DNA of 64,000 nt from NCBI RefSeq assembly GCF_006345805.1, contig NC_043000.1:28086001-28150000 (forward strand), given 5' to 3'. Shown piece after piece: positions 35,193 to 49,031 of this stretch. Source of the stretch: Octopus sinensis (lineage: Eukaryota). Numbering within the stretch: position 1 is the first letter of the stretch; each line of letters begins with the position of its first letter. The position numbers and the translations under genes were made by a program. The notes under the pieces are model-generated. The model saw only the letters and a program-made list of their open reading frames with translations. It was not told the DNA's origin and did not search any database.

Positions 35193-36285
35193 TTGGTTCA
35201 TCCCTTATATAATTGCATGAACTAAAAGTCACAGGGGAGTGGGATAAACTACCAGCATCAACTTTCTATAAAAGCAGGTAGTAATTTTACCTTGTACTTA
35301 TTCTTAGTGGAAATTTTGAAGAGTGCAGTTCGATTTTAACAGTTATTTTTTCAAAGCTAAAATGGAAATGACAAGGGAGCATATTCGGCATATTTTGCTT
35401 TATGAGTTCAATAAAGGCAACAGCGCAGCGGAAAATGCGAGGAATATTAACGCAGTATATAGGGATCGGACAATAAGCGTAAACCAGTGCTAACGGTGGT
35501 TCCAGAAATTCCGAGCCGGAAATTACAGCCTAGACGACGATCCTCGTTCTGGAAGATCTGCAGAGCTCGACGAAGACGTCCTGCTAACCCTTGTGGACAA
35601 AAATCGCATCATAACTGTTAAGGAACTGGCAGAGAAGCTTGGATTTGGTCATTCAACCATTCCTCACAGACTTTTCGAGTCTAATCATGAACAGAGAGTG
35701 AATGTGTGCTCCTCTTTGCTCTCATGTCTCTAAAGAATTAATCTTTTGTGAGCCGAATAGTGAATGGGGAAGAGAAATGGGTTCTCTATAAAAAAGATAT
35801 CAAGCGCCGAAGAGAGTGGGTAAGGAAAAGAGAAACACCGGCACCCTAGGTCTTCACCCATGTAAAGTGTTGTTATCTATTTGGTGGGATATGAAAGTTT
35901 TAGTCCACTTTGAACTTTTAAACCCAAACCAAACGATAACAAAGGAGATCTACAGCGAACTGCTTCAGCTACTTATCTCAGCGGTAGAAGAAAAATGACT
36001 ATCATTGGTTCGAAGATGAAAGGTATTCTATCATGATAATGCAAGGCCATATACAGCGAGGATGACATTCCAAAGGCTGGAGCAGTTTGAATGGGAAATG
36101 ATGCTCCACCCATATTCGCCGGTCATTGCCACATCTGATTATCATTTATTCCGCAGTCTTCAAAATATTTTCAACGGAAAAGATATGAATTCTGTAGACG
36201 AGGTCAGAACAGTACTGGAGGAGTATTTTTCGTCACGGAAAAGTGAATTTTGGAAAAGGTGCCTTGCAAGACTACCAGATAAATG
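35193..36285 (+). mobile_element. Mariner transposon relic (left TIR plus decayed transposase; right end lost)
   Basis: TA at 35191-35192, ATG at 35362 giving MEMTREHIRHILLYEF..RWFQKFRAGNYSL.D.PRSGR, then HDNARP and HPYSPVIATSDYHLFRSL. Confidence 0.9.
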
Positions 36286-36410
36286 TAACATAAAAACTGA
36301 GGAAATGAAATCCTTCAAAGGGGTTTGTTAAACATCGAATGCACTGGTACTTCATTGGATACCTTATAAATATAGGTATATATATATATATTATATATAT
36401 ATATATATAT

Positions 36411-36493
36411 AGACCCTGAGGTGACTATATATAATGGAACTGTGATTATGTATATCAGAAAAATATATATAAGTCGAAACAATTTGTTGGACT
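36411..36493 (+). ncRNA. Degenerate hammerhead in a repeat ending at (TA)n near 36635
   Basis: AGACC-CTGAGGT-GACTATATAT..ATATATATAAGTC-GAAA-CAATTTG-TT-GGACT. Confidence 0.5.
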
Positions 36494-37274
36494 TTTTGGT
36501 TTTTAAAGTTATTTATGTTGTATAATATTATGCTATACATTTATATTCATAGTTATATTCACACTACTTAATGTAATATAATATAAATAAATTATTGGAT
36601 TGTCAACAGAATAACTCTATATTTAATTCATCTCATATATATATATATATATATAGATAGATAGATATATACATACATACATACATACATACATACATAC
36701 ATACATACATACATACATACATACATACATACATGCATACATATATAGAAATCTCCATATTTCAGGTAAAAGTGGATTAGAGTGTCTCGTATTTTTACAG
36801 AGATCCTTTCAGTGTGCTATCATAGAAATGGGTAAAACTAAATCAACTATTTGCCTCACTTTACTTTTATCTATTGTAATGCTTCATTTCTGAAGTTACA
36901 ATAGACAAAAAATCCCTAATTTTAAATTTGATGGGAAAAGAGAATCGTTTGCACGACATCGCTTCAAGGCATAATAGCATAATGTTAGTTATACAATATG
37001 TATAAATAACTATACGTGCCTTTTATACCACTTTTTACATAAAAATATCTTTTATATATTACTTGTTTCAGTCGTCAAATTGTGGCCATGCAGGGGTACC
37101 ACCTTGAAGAATATTTAGTTGAATTACTCTACCCCAGTATTCAGTCTATCGGACCCTTTTGCCGACGCGCTAGGTTACAAGAACGTAAACATACTAACAA
37201 CAGCTGTCTAGTAGTGGCTGAGACATACAAACACGCGCACACACATATATTATAAGACATTTCCCCAAGGTGCT

Positions 37275-37449
37275 CCGCAGGAGTGGCTGTGTGGTAGGTA
37301 GCTTGCTTACCAACCACATGGTTTCGGGTTCATTCCCACTGCGTGGCACCTCAGGCAAGTGTCTTCTACTACAGCCTCAGGCCAGCCAAAGCTTTGTGAG
37401 TGGATTTGGTAGACGGAAACTGAAAGAAGCCCGTCGTATATATGTATGT

Positions 37450-37502
<53 letters not shown>

Positions 37503-37683
37503 AAATAAGAAAATGGAGAAATATATCTAAATCATTCATCAACTATCAGATAATACCGAATCATATACTTTATTAAAACAATACACAAGAGCATTAAGAT
37601 TAGACATTAATACAGTACAATAATTACAATCAATATAATGAGATATAACTAAATAAAATAACAAGATATAAAAATACATATAC

Positions 37684-37742
<59 letters not shown>

Positions 37743-37980
37743 GTGTGTATATGTGTGTGTATATGTGTGTGTATATGTTTGTGTGTGTATGTTTGTCCCC
37801 ACCCAACATAGCTTGACAACCGATGCTGGTGTGTTTACGTTCCCGTAACTTAGCAGTTCGGCAAAAGAGACCAATAGAATAAGTGCTAGGCTTACAAAGA
37901 GTAAGTCCTGGGGTCGATTTGCTCGACTAAAGGCGGTGCTCCAGCATGGCTGTCAAATGACTGAAACAAGTAAAAGAGTA
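37275..37980 (+). mobile_element. SINE family A split by a about 185 bp insert (37501-37685) in its internal microsatellite
   Basis: Head 37275-37445 and tail 37770-37980 are collinear with 25060-25477. Confidence 0.75.
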
Positions 37981-39210
37981 AGCCTGCAATGATGTGGTTA
38001 GCAAACAAGCCTCTTACTTACCACAGAACCACACCGGCACCTATGTATATAAATCTATATATTTCTAAGAAATATTTTGATCAGACAGGAAATAAAATTT
38101 GCTATTAAAAGAACTAATCTACTGATCGACCAGCATATTACCGGTCCCTTAACTATTGAGCTGTTGAACTAGATCAAACTTGAATCACAGAATTAGATAA
38201 TACACAGTTTCTATTCGGGTACTCAACTGTCTGTGCAATCGCCAGCACATTAATTTTCAATTATATATTTATCAACAATGGAAGGATGAGAGGCAAGATA
38301 CAATTCAAGTTACTTACAATAATGAGAGATATCGATTTTACTACACCACTAAACCTATATTGAAGATCACCTTTAGTCTACATGTCTTTCATCTAATTAG
38401 TTAATTAGCTTGTTAATTACTAATAAACTGATAAGCTCTTAATTTCGTACACATATGAAATATATAGGTGCAAAACGTCAGATGTCTATATTCACTGATT
38501 CATTAATCATTATTAATCATAACTATTAATGCTTGATTAAATAACCTTGTTGACACTCGAAAGGAAGATTCAGTTACAGGACACAAGAGATATTGGAGTG
38601 GAAAATAAGTAAGACCAGGAATTGAAACCATGTATTCACTCTGCTTCGTTAGATCTTATTTCTACTGTTACACTTGATACTGGCATATTTCATTAGTAAT
38701 AAACCTTTTTAATTTTGGCACGGGGCCAGAATTTTTGAGGGGAGGGGGAAGTTGATTATTTTGATCCCAGTGCACAACAGGTACTTATTTTATAGACCAT
38801 GAAAAGTATTAGAACTCAGGACAGAAATAAGGGCGAAATGCTTGGCAGCATTTCGTCTGTCTGTCTATACGTTGTGAATTCGAATTCCGCCGAGGTCAAC
38901 TTTGCCTTTCATTCTTTCGGGGTCGATAAATTAAGTACCCGTTACGCATTGGGGTCGATGTAATCGACTTAGTCCCTTCGCCTGTCCTTGTTTCTCCCTT
39001 TATGTTTACCCACTTGAGGACAATAAATAAATAAGAAAGAAGGGGAAATAATGTTGCTTTTCAGTTTGTCTGGTGCAGTAACCCTTCCACCAGCTAACCG
39101 CCTTTATTGCATTACGAATAAGAGTTTCATATTTTGGCACAAGGCCAGCATATATATACATATATATATATTATTTATATTATTATTTAACTGAACCATT
39201 TCCAAGTGTG

Positions 39211-39243
<33 letters not shown>

Positions 39244-39323
39244 TTGTGTGTATATGTATATGAATATATATATATATATATACTATATATATATATATAT
39301 ATTCATATACTATATTCATATTC

Positions 39324-39355
<32 letters not shown>

Positions 39356-39378
39356 TATACATATATTATATATATATA

Positions 39379-39469
<91 letters not shown>

Positions 39470-40707
39470 ATAAAATAGAACATATGCATATATATAAACA
39501 TATAGTACGTACCTACCTCTACATGTACATATACACGCATATATAGTGTACAGACACCAAAAGACGTCGAACACATAGAGAGACGAAAAACATAGACACA
39601 AACCAAGGAACAAGACAAGCAAAAAGAGATACAGGACAATAAGCACAACGAAAAATCCCCTTCTTCAGTCGCTAAGGTTCGTCTACTAAACGTTTCGAAG
39701 GATAAAAGCGAGACGTATACTTCGAAGAAAACTTCCTTCCTGCGAAAAGAAAATCAATTAAAATTCTGAGATCTTTTCGCAGAGGGGTAAAAAAAGCAAG
39801 ACGGTAACGACAGTACAAACATATAAACAGTAAAATAATATATATAAACAGTGGAAAATAAATATATAACAGTGAGAGACAGACAAGGAGAACAATAAGA
39901 AGGGCTGTTAACGCCGACGAAAAAAGTATTGCAAACGCTGGATTATAGTGGACGACGAGAGAGAAAGAATGTCGACCAGTAGCCTTAGAAGGCGGGCGAG
40001 AAAAGACAGGATAGCAGTTACGACGGAAGTATCGTCGCAGATGGACGACGGGAATGGGGAGGAGGAGCAAGAGGAAGAGAGAGAAGGGGAATGGTGCGAG
40101 GAGACCATGAAGAACGTGAGGGGGAGAGAGAGAGGAAGAGACAAGTTAAGTGAGGGAAAAAGACGAAAAAGGGAATGGGAGAGAAAGAAAGAAAGATGCA
40201 GAGTCGCGTGAGAGTTAATATCAAAGCTAGCTTGATAAAACAGAACAATCTTACTTAATAGGGTGCGTGCGTTTAGTCGTATATATATATATATATATTA
40301 TATATGCGTGTGTGTGTATGTGTGTATGTATGTATGTATTTGTATGCCTGTGTTTGTCCTCCCACCATCGCTTGACAATCGGTGTCGGTGTGTTTACATC
40401 CCTGTAAATTTAGCAGCATTCAAATGACTGAAACAACTAAAAGAATAAAAAAGTAATCTCTCTCTCTCTCTCTCGGAATAGAAGTTAGCTTTCGACAAGT
40501 TAAAAACCAGCATCATCAAGTTCCGATTCTTTGTTTAAAACCTATTAATTTTATTTATGCCGTTAATTCTCTTGGAAGAGGCATGAACGTCCCACCCTGG
40601 CGTTTCCTCTTCCTCTCCATTTGTGGCCCAATGCCTAAACAGGCAAATCAATAATACTAAAACTGACCCTGATATGGAAAGTATTCAAAGCACTACTACC
40701 ACTGCTG

Positions 40708-40772
<65 letters not shown>

Positions 40773-41918
40773 AGGAGCGTTAGATTTGAAAAGGAGCCCA
40801 TAATACGCCAAAATCGATATGTCACCTTGTTATAAGACATATATTACTACTCAACGCCTTGCTACATTCAGTTGCTGGGTCGATATCGAATATCAAGTTT
40901 CAACAAAGCAATTAGCATGCTAGTAACTCACTCTGGATCCCAGTTAATGTAAGGCGTACCAATTGGAAAAGGGCGGTCTTGTTTGTTTGGGAGCTTCAAT
41001 ACGGTTCAGCCTAAAAGAGAATGAGAATTAATAGTAATTGGACGGGTCTGGGTTTGGTTCAGCCGAGTTATATACCTTGCTGTGGTTGGTATAGAGAGGA
41101 AAAAGAGGTTGGGGATGAGGAGAAGAAAGGTAAGTAGGAAGAGAGAAGACGAGTAAGGGGTGAGGGGTGTGGGGTGAGGGGTGAGGAAGAGGTGTAGGGG
41201 TAGGGGTTGATCGATAAAAGTGAAGATAATGAGAGAGAATATAACAGAAAGGGACGGACAGGCAGACAGGCAAAATCTGTAAGTTTGTGTGCGTGTGTGG
41301 GAGTGAGTGAGTGAGTGTATGTGTGTGTGTAAAGAAGATGAATGAGTGTTGTGGAAGGGAGCTAGCGAAGGGAGACAAAGATATTTGCCCCAACAAATGG
41401 AAGGAGAGTCAAGTAAAAGAGTGGGAAATTAATAGAGATAACAATGAAAGAATTGAAAGAGAACGAAAGAGAGAGAGAGAGGGGGTAGAGAGAGAGACAG
41501 AAGGGGACGGAGAGAGAGAATAAGAGACAAAATGGGAGGAAAAGAGTGAGAGATTGAGAGAGGAAAAATAACGATTTCCGAAATATGGAAAACGTTTTAC
41601 GAAGATGAGAAGATATGAGAAAAAGAGAAGTTAACAATGAGTAGAAACTCAAGACCGAAGTAGTGAGGAGAGTGTGAGGCAATTAGAACGAGGGAGTTTT
41701 AACAAAGGAATAAAGAAGGAAAGAAACAAAGAAATAAGAGAGAGGAAGAACAAAAGAGAGCGAGGGTGTGTGAGATGAAAATTGTGACACGAAGGGTGGA
41801 GGACTTGGGAGAAAAATTCGATGCTACAAGTGTGAAAGGAAGATTTAATAAGTAACTCAATGATAGAAAGGAAAAAGTGGCAATGAATGAATTTAGGCAA
41901 AAGAAATAGATATGTTCC

Positions 41919-41966
<48 letters not shown>

Positions 41967-42294
41967 AAGAGAGAGAGATGGAGTAAGAGAGAGGTGGGGA
42001 TACATACATGAAACGACGAAAATCTTAAAGAGCTGAATGGCGTGTAATGATATTGGCAAACATTATTAAAAATAGAGTATTGTTGTTAGTCGGATATGAA
42101 AAGGTGTCCGTAAAAGTGCGTTGTCTTGTTGTTAGGTCGTTGGGTTTACAATCATTAGAGCATGAGTTCGCTTTCTCCAATGTACACAGCTCAAAATTAG
42201 TACCTGATGACTAGTAGTCATCTCTCTCTCCCCTCATCTCCTCTGTCTCTCTCTCGCTTGCTCACTCTCTCTGTCTCTCTCATTCTTTCTGCAG

Positions 42295-42388
42295 GTCTCT
42301 CTTCCAGCTGTTCCATTCATGACGATCCGCTGGATTGTGGGGATCAAGGTTCAGAGAGCCAAGAAATTGTCATCTCACGACTACATTG
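42295..42388 (+). CDS. Candidate 94 nt internal exon (frames VSLPAVPFMTIRWIVGIKVQRAKKLSSHDYI or LSSSCSIHDDPLDCGDQGSESQEIVISRLH)
   Basis: About 70 nt polypyrimidine tract ending TTCTTTCTGCAG, donor GTATCT, two open frames, unique sequence. Confidence 0.35.
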
Positions 42389-42769
42389 GTATCTAAAAGA
42401 AAGAAACGAAACCATGACACAAGTTATCAAATCATACTCGCTTGCGAGTGACGGCTAAGCTAATTTTAAGATAAATACAAGATTGCAATATATATACGGT
42501 TAACAACTGGAATCTGCCATTCTGACATTTAGCTGAAAAGGGGAGTTCGAGGTTTTTACAATATTTTGTTGATAGGAAAAAAAGCAAAAACAAAAGGGAA
42601 ATCCTTCATCTATCATATACGGTGTCCACGTGATTGATATTTGCATGTCTTCGGTGTTATGCGTATAAAACACGTGTAAGCAAGAAATGCGGCAACGACT
42701 AATGCAGTTTCATACATGCTGAATAACTTTTGTTTCTTTTTGTCTTTTCAAAAGAACCGCTCTTTCTTC

Positions 42770-43021
42770 GTAAACGCAACGTTAATACACAAACGCGCAC
42801 GCATGCACACGCGCGCGCACACATAGACACACGCACGAACACACATACATACGAACACACGCACACACACACATGCATGCATATACACATTTACATAGAT
42901 ATATATATAAGGAGACAGAAAGCAAATACATACATACATACGTACGTACATACATACATACATACAAACTTACATACATACATACATACATACATACAAA
43001 CTTACATACATACATACACAC

Positions 43022-43052
<31 letters not shown>

Positions 43053-43625
43053 CAAACACACATACATACAAACATACACACACATACATAAATACATACA
43101 GACATACATACATACATACATAAATACATACATACATACATACATACATACATACATACATTCATACATACATACATACATACATACATACATACATACA
43201 TACATACAGACAGACAGACAGACAGACAGACATACATACATACATTCATACATACATACCTACATACATACATACAGACATACGTACATACATACATACA
43301 AACACACACACATACAAACATACACACACATACATAAATACATACAAACATACATACATACAAATATACATACATACATACAAACATACATACATACATA
43401 CATACATAAATACATACATACATACATACAGACAGACAGACAGACATACATACATACATACATACATAAATGCATACATACATACATACAGACATACATA
43501 CATACATACATACAGACAGACAGACAGACACATACATATATACATTCATACATACATACATACATACATACATACATACATACATACATACATACATACA
43601 TACATACATACATACATACATACAT
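42770..43625. repeat. Long compound (TACA)n/(CAGA)n microsatellite
   Basis: Direct reading; it explains the HTYI and MYVC pseudo-ORFs. Confidence 0.95.
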
Positions 43626-43885
43626 AGCTATAAAAGTTCTCAATATTTAAACATCCTGTATTCAGTTTTCACTCTGTGGTAATTTTACAACAAAAGATTA
43701 TGCTCGAGAGGTTGGCTAACTGGGCCGAACCAACCTTCATTGAAATTAGATGCATCGGTGGTTCTTGATGTTATTGTTCTGAGTAACTCCTGATCAAATA
43801 CGTCCCAACTGTGACTATTGCAGATTTACATATATCTAACGCAAAAATCCAAACTCGTAACTTACCTTTCTTTTTGAGACTTTAA

Positions 43886-44107
43886 CCCTTCCGATGCCAA
43901 CCCACATGAAACCGCCTCTGGTTCTGTAGTACCAATGTTTTGTTTTCATTAGTCTTGAATTAAAATCTTCCACCAAACCTTAGTCACAATTTATGTTCCT
44001 AACACTGGCTTAATGATAACTAAGTTATTTTACTAAATTTCTTTGTTATATTTAAAGTAATTGAAAGAAACACAGAGCATCTCAACAGAAATATGGCAAC
44101 AAAAGGG
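43886..44107. mobile_element. piggyBac-like MITE, copy 1
   Basis: TTAA-CCCTT...AAGGG-TTTA, 222 bp. Confidence 0.7.
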
Positions 44108-44127
44108 TTTACAAATGATTAATTTAA

Positions 44128-44350
44128 TCCTTTCGTTACCAACCTGGCTGAAACCGCCCCAGGCTCTGTAGTATAAATGTCTTGTTTCCAAAAGTTCTGA
44201 ATTAAAATCTTCCACCAAACCTTCGTTACAATTTATGTTCCTAACTCTAGTTTAACTATAATTGAGTTATTTTACTAAATTCTTTGTTATGTTTAAAATT
44301 AAAGGAAAGAAACACAGAGCATCTCAACAGAAATATGGTAACAAAAACGG
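44128..44350. mobile_element. piggyBac-like MITE, copy 2 (diverged)
   Basis: TTAA-TCCTT...AACGG-TTAA, 223 bp, collinear with copy 1. Confidence 0.65.
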
Positions 44351-45182
44351 TTAAGATGTGATGCGATAAATATTTGACTACCATTTTCATCATGTCAGGC
44401 AAACATGGAGAAGCTCCTTCATTCGGTCAGAACCACAGCGTTCCAGATATGATCATCCTGTTATATTTTTAGATATAACGTATCTTGGATTAACTGGCGA
44501 TTTGGCAGAGTCGATAGCACGTCAAGCAAAATGCTTAACGGCATTCCTTCCGGCTCTATATGTTTAGAGTTCAAGTTCCCCTGAGGTCAACTTTACTTTT
44601 CATCCCTCTAGAGCCGATAGAATAAAGTACCAATCAAGTTCTGGGGTCGATACAATTGACTTGTTACCTCTCCTCAAAAATTGCTCACCTTAAAATTTGC
44701 TTCCTATTCGTGATAATAATGTGATTTCAGTCACTTATATAACATGGAATCCGGATTACTGGTCTTTTGGGTTCTCGGTTTCGTGTACAAAATCGTTTCT
44801 TGGACTTATTGCAATGTGTGCGCTTTGAAACAGAATGATTTGCTTCACTGGATGATTTGGTTAATATTTTTAGCAGATTGTGTGGCTGCGTACAGGCTTC
44901 ATATTTGCATCATATGTGATGGAAGTGAACTGAGTCAAGCCATGTGGGGACAGAGAGGCAAACCGTCTGCTGCTTGCTTGGAAACTAAAAGAAGAAACCA
45001 AAAATAATGAAAGAACTACAAAAATAAAACAACCCGGTGTGTTTGCGTGTAGATACTTGAATTTATGTATGTGTGTATGTGAGGCAATTTTCTTTTATTT
45101 CTTATTTGTTTCAGTCTCGGACTGCGGTCATGCTGGGGCACCTCTTTGAATTGATTAGTCAAACAACTCCACATGAGTACTA

Positions 45183-46724
45183 TACGAGGGTCGTCTGTAA
45201 AGTTCATTGTATGACGAAGATGCTCTCATGGAATGTATTCAAATGAGGTTTATTTTCCAACGCAGCTTCCCTTGCGGTCCACACTTCCCATTGGTGTTGC
45301 AATGCTTGGATTTCATTGGTGAAGAAGCTTTCATTCTGTTGATCAAAAAATGATCAGCAGCAAATATAACGTCATCTTCACTCTGTTACTGGTTCCCAAA
45401 CAAGTGGGTTTTATTTCATTTGGGGAACAGATGATAGTCAGACAGGGCCAAATCAGGAGAAAAGGGATTGTGGTCAACCAGTTCAAAATCACAGTTATGC
45501 ACACCAGCCATTGAAACGAATGACTTTTGTGCTGGTGTATTATCCCCATGAAAGAAGGCCCCTTTTGTTAGATTTCCTGGATGCTTGTCCTTGACAGCTT
45601 TTCATAACTGCCTCAGCAAGCTGGCGTAATACTCTTCATTGATAACGTGGCCCTTTTGAAGATATTCAACAAACACAGTGCCATTTTCCTCCTCCAAAAA
45701 CTGAGGCAATCAACTTCCCTACAAATGAAACTAACTTAGCCTTCTTTGTAGCATGTGAGGAGGGGTGCTTCCGCTACATAGATTGTCTCTTTGTCTCTGG
45801 CTCAAATTGATGAACCCAATACTCATCCTAGTTTGGAAAACATTCAAAGAAACCAACTTGATCTCTATCAATGTCGAATTTTCCCGTGATGTGATCAGCC
45901 TGATTAGGTGTCAGAAAACGTGGTGTCTACCGAGTAGAAACCTTCCCCATGACAAGTTCCTTCTGCAGAATATTTTCAACTCTTTCTCGGGTAGTACTAA
46001 GAGCATTGGCAATTTCAATTATAGTCTATCACCTGCGATCCATCATCATGAAAGGAACACGATTAATGTTTTCTTAGATACAGTAATCCAAACCTTGGGT
46101 CATATTCAAGACTCTCTCCTCTCCTCTTAAATTCAGCTTCCTACTTTTGCACAGAGTGGAGGTGCGTGGCTTAGTGGTTAGAGTGTCAGCATCATGATCG
46201 TAAGATTGTGGTTTCGATTCCTGGACCGGTCGACGCGCTGTGGTCTTGAGCAAAACACTTCATTTCACGTTGCTCCAGTCCACTCAGCTGGCAAAAATGA
46301 GTAACGCTGGGATGGACTAGCATCCCGTCCAACTGGGGAACACATACGCCATAGAAACCAAGGAAACCGGGTCCATGAGCCTGACTAGGATTTAAAAGGG
46401 CGCGTTTATTTTTTATTACTTTTGCACCGTTGATGAAACTGGTACATCATCGCCTGATGTTGCAACAATGTCAGCATGAATTTCCTTGGGAAACAAACCA
46501 TTTTTCTGCTGATATTTGATAACACTACGATATCAAATGCTGATGATTTTCAAGAGAAGTCGCTACTAGTTACATTTGAAGTCTTCTTTGAACAGTTAGA
46601 TTTTACCTGGGAAGAAAAAATACAGTTATTAATAAGAAGAGTTGAAATTAAAGCATGCGAGATTTCGCAACTCTAACATTACTCCTGCATAGTCGGCCTA
46701 CGAACTCCTCAGCCCAGCTTCGTA
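45183..46724 (-). mobile_element. Near full-length decayed mariner with a nested SINE
   Basis: TACGAGGG...CTTCGTA degenerate TIRs. Minus-strand pieces WVHQFEPETKRQS, FHGDNTPA and HNPFSPDLALSDYHLFP. Confidence 0.85.
46153..46416 (+). mobile_element. SINE (head C + tail T1) with an 11 bp target-site duplication
   Basis: TACTTTTGCAC at 46142-46152 and 46417-46427. Confidence 0.9.
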
Positions 46725-46978
46725 TTTTAAATACAGTACTTACGTTATTGTCTCTTTTGCCGAACTAACACCGGTCTTCAGGCGATAGTGCGGGGAAACA
46801 ATCACAAAGAGACATAAAGACACACAGATGCCAACACACATCCATACATTTGTATGAGAAATATGTATAAACACACGTTCATATTGTAACTCCTGTGAGT
46901 GTTTCACCATAATGGTTGTTTGGAGCCGTGAAATAGATCATTCAATTGTGTTCAGATACACAAATACAACGGGAAATA

Positions 46979-47546
46979 TTGGGTTGTCCGGAAAGTTCGT
47001 GCCGATTTTTAAAGGAAAGAAAAAGGTCAATAAATACTTGCCATTACATTTTTAATCAATCAAATATGAACCATTTAGTTGCACAATGTGTCTCCATCTT
47101 TCCCTTAACTTTAAAATACCCTCTTCCCAGATTTGAGGTGGTTTTATGGCAAAGAATTCACCAAGGTATCGTTTTACGTCATCCAAGGAATTGAAATTTT
47201 TACCCTTAAGACTATTTTGCAGAGACCTGAATAAGTGGAAATCCGAAGGAGCAATATCTGGTGAATATAGAGGGTGGGGTAACACATCCCAGCCGAGCTG
47301 CAGCAATTTTTTTGTCTGGTTCCCAAAGCATCAAATGCCGAAAATGAACTTTCTTATCTTTCATTTTAAAGGGTTTCAGAATTAACACAGTTTATAGGAA
47401 TATAAATCTTCTTCAACGAAAAGATAGCTTCAACTGTGCTCTAAATGGAGGTGTAGTAAAATCCTATTTTATGGACTCGACCATGTTCTAAGATAAGTCA
47501 AAAGTTAAGCTGTTATAAACCGGCACGAACTTTCCGGACAACCCAG
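46979..47546 (-). mobile_element. 568 bp internally deleted mariner with both TIRs and TA flanks
   Basis: TTGGGTTGTCCGGAAAGTTCGTGCCG / CGGCACGAACTTTCCGGACAACCCAG. N-terminal MKDKKVHFRHLMLWE is joined to C-terminal LGWDVLPHPLYSPDIAPSDFHLFRSL. Confidence 0.92.
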
Positions 47547-47740
47547 TACAATCAGGGAAATACTTTACAGACAGCAATGAATTATAATAAACTTGTGTTT
47601 ATCCTTAATTCTCCTATTCGTCCTTATTCCATAACTAGTCATACTACTCGGTTTAGAAGCTTCATAAAAAAACAGATTCGATTGTGACAATATACGTCTA
47701 GTTGTCGGACATCTATCTGTAAACACAATAAACACAATAT

Positions 47741-48090
47741 ATACATATATAAGGGCAATGACCACTAAGTGGACATCCATTATGCTTGTAGTAGACCCCC
47801 TATGGTCTTAACACTAAGAAAGAATTGTTCTCAAGAAAATTTAACAAACGCCCAAAAAGTTTCCTCAGAACAATTCTTTCTTAGTGGTAAGAACACAGGG
47901 GGTCTACTTCTAGCATAATGGATGTCCACTTAGTGGTCATCCCCCTTATATGTATGTAATATATATTTTCTGACTCTTATATGTATGCAATATAAATTTT
48001 CTGAATCTTCAGATTTTTCAGTATGCTAGACCACTGGTTTTAAATTAATATTAATATTCAATTTTTCACTCTTATTATTTTAAATTTAAA
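47741..48090 (+). repeat. Second fold-back copy of the 3881-4440 family (arms 47741-47831 and 47867-47955, then the shared 3' tail, then (CATA)n)
   Basis: GTGGACATCCATTATGCT..TTGTTCTCAAGAAAATT in the arm and TTTTCTGAATCTTCAGATTTTT..GCTAGACCACTGG in the tail are shared with the first copy. Confidence 0.8.
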
Positions 48091-48245
48091 CATACATACA
48101 TACATACATACATACATACATACATACATACATACATACATACATACATGCATGCATACATACATACATACATACATACATACATACATACATACATACA
48201 TACATACATACATACATACATACATACATACATACATACATACAT

Positions 48246-48619
48246 CGGTTATGATGATGAGGGTTCCAGTTGATCCGATCAACAGAACAGCCTGCTCGTG
48301 AAATTAACGTGTAAGTCGCTGAGCACTCCACAGACACTTGTATCCTTAACGTAGATCTAGGAGAGATTCAGCGTGACACAGAGTGTGACATGGCTGGCCC
48401 TTTGAAATACAGGTACAACAGAAACAGGAAGAAAGAGTGAGAGGAAGTCGTGGTGAAAGAGTACTGCAGGGTTCGCCACCCCACCCCCCGCTGCGGAGCC
48501 TTGTGGTGCTTTAGGTGTTTTCGCTCGATAAACACTCACAACGCCCGCTCTGGGAATCGAAACCGCCATCCTACAACCACGAGTCCGCTGCCCTAACCAC
48601 TGGGCCGTTGCGCCTCCAC
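48246..48619 (-). mobile_element. SINE (head D + tail T2), full length
   Basis: tRNA-like head at 48545-48619; tail shared with 25700-25829. Confidence 0.8.
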
Positions 48620-48621
48620 TA

Positions 48622-48714
<93 letters not shown>

Positions 48715-48719
48715 CAGAC

Positions 48720-48793
<74 letters not shown>

Positions 48794-48822
48794 GGAGAGA
48801 GAGTTGATAGTTAGACAGATAG

Positions 48823-48883
<61 letters not shown>

Positions 48884-48886
<3 letters not shown>

Positions 48887-49020
48887 GGGGTGCTGAAGAG
48901 TTTCTGACTTTGGGTAAAAGAAAATAAAGGCGGATCAGTTAATCATGACTTTAGTAAACATTTTCCTCTCCTCAGATTCATACATTTACTGCAGCGTCTT
49001 TCTGTCTTTCAAAGCCCTGT
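48884..49020. mobile_element. Probable left end of a mariner-type MITE
   Basis: GAGGGGTGCTGAAGAGTTTCTGACTT resembles mariner TIR starts. No partner end found. Confidence 0.35.
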
Positions 49021-49031
49021 ATATACATAAA

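Noticed and set aside
36801-36831. Possible 31 nt micro-exon
   Set aside because: Weak donor (GTAAAA) and no supporting homology
40623-40835. Poly-Ala ORF with an RSVRF (RVxF-like) motif
   Set aside because: Built on a (CTG)n microsatellite, has no splice donor, and the short motif is expected by chance
42730-43682. Long HTYI/MYVC ORFs (also at 54-55 kb, 39 kb, 57-58 kb and elsewhere)
   Set aside because: Translations of microsatellite or polypurine tracts
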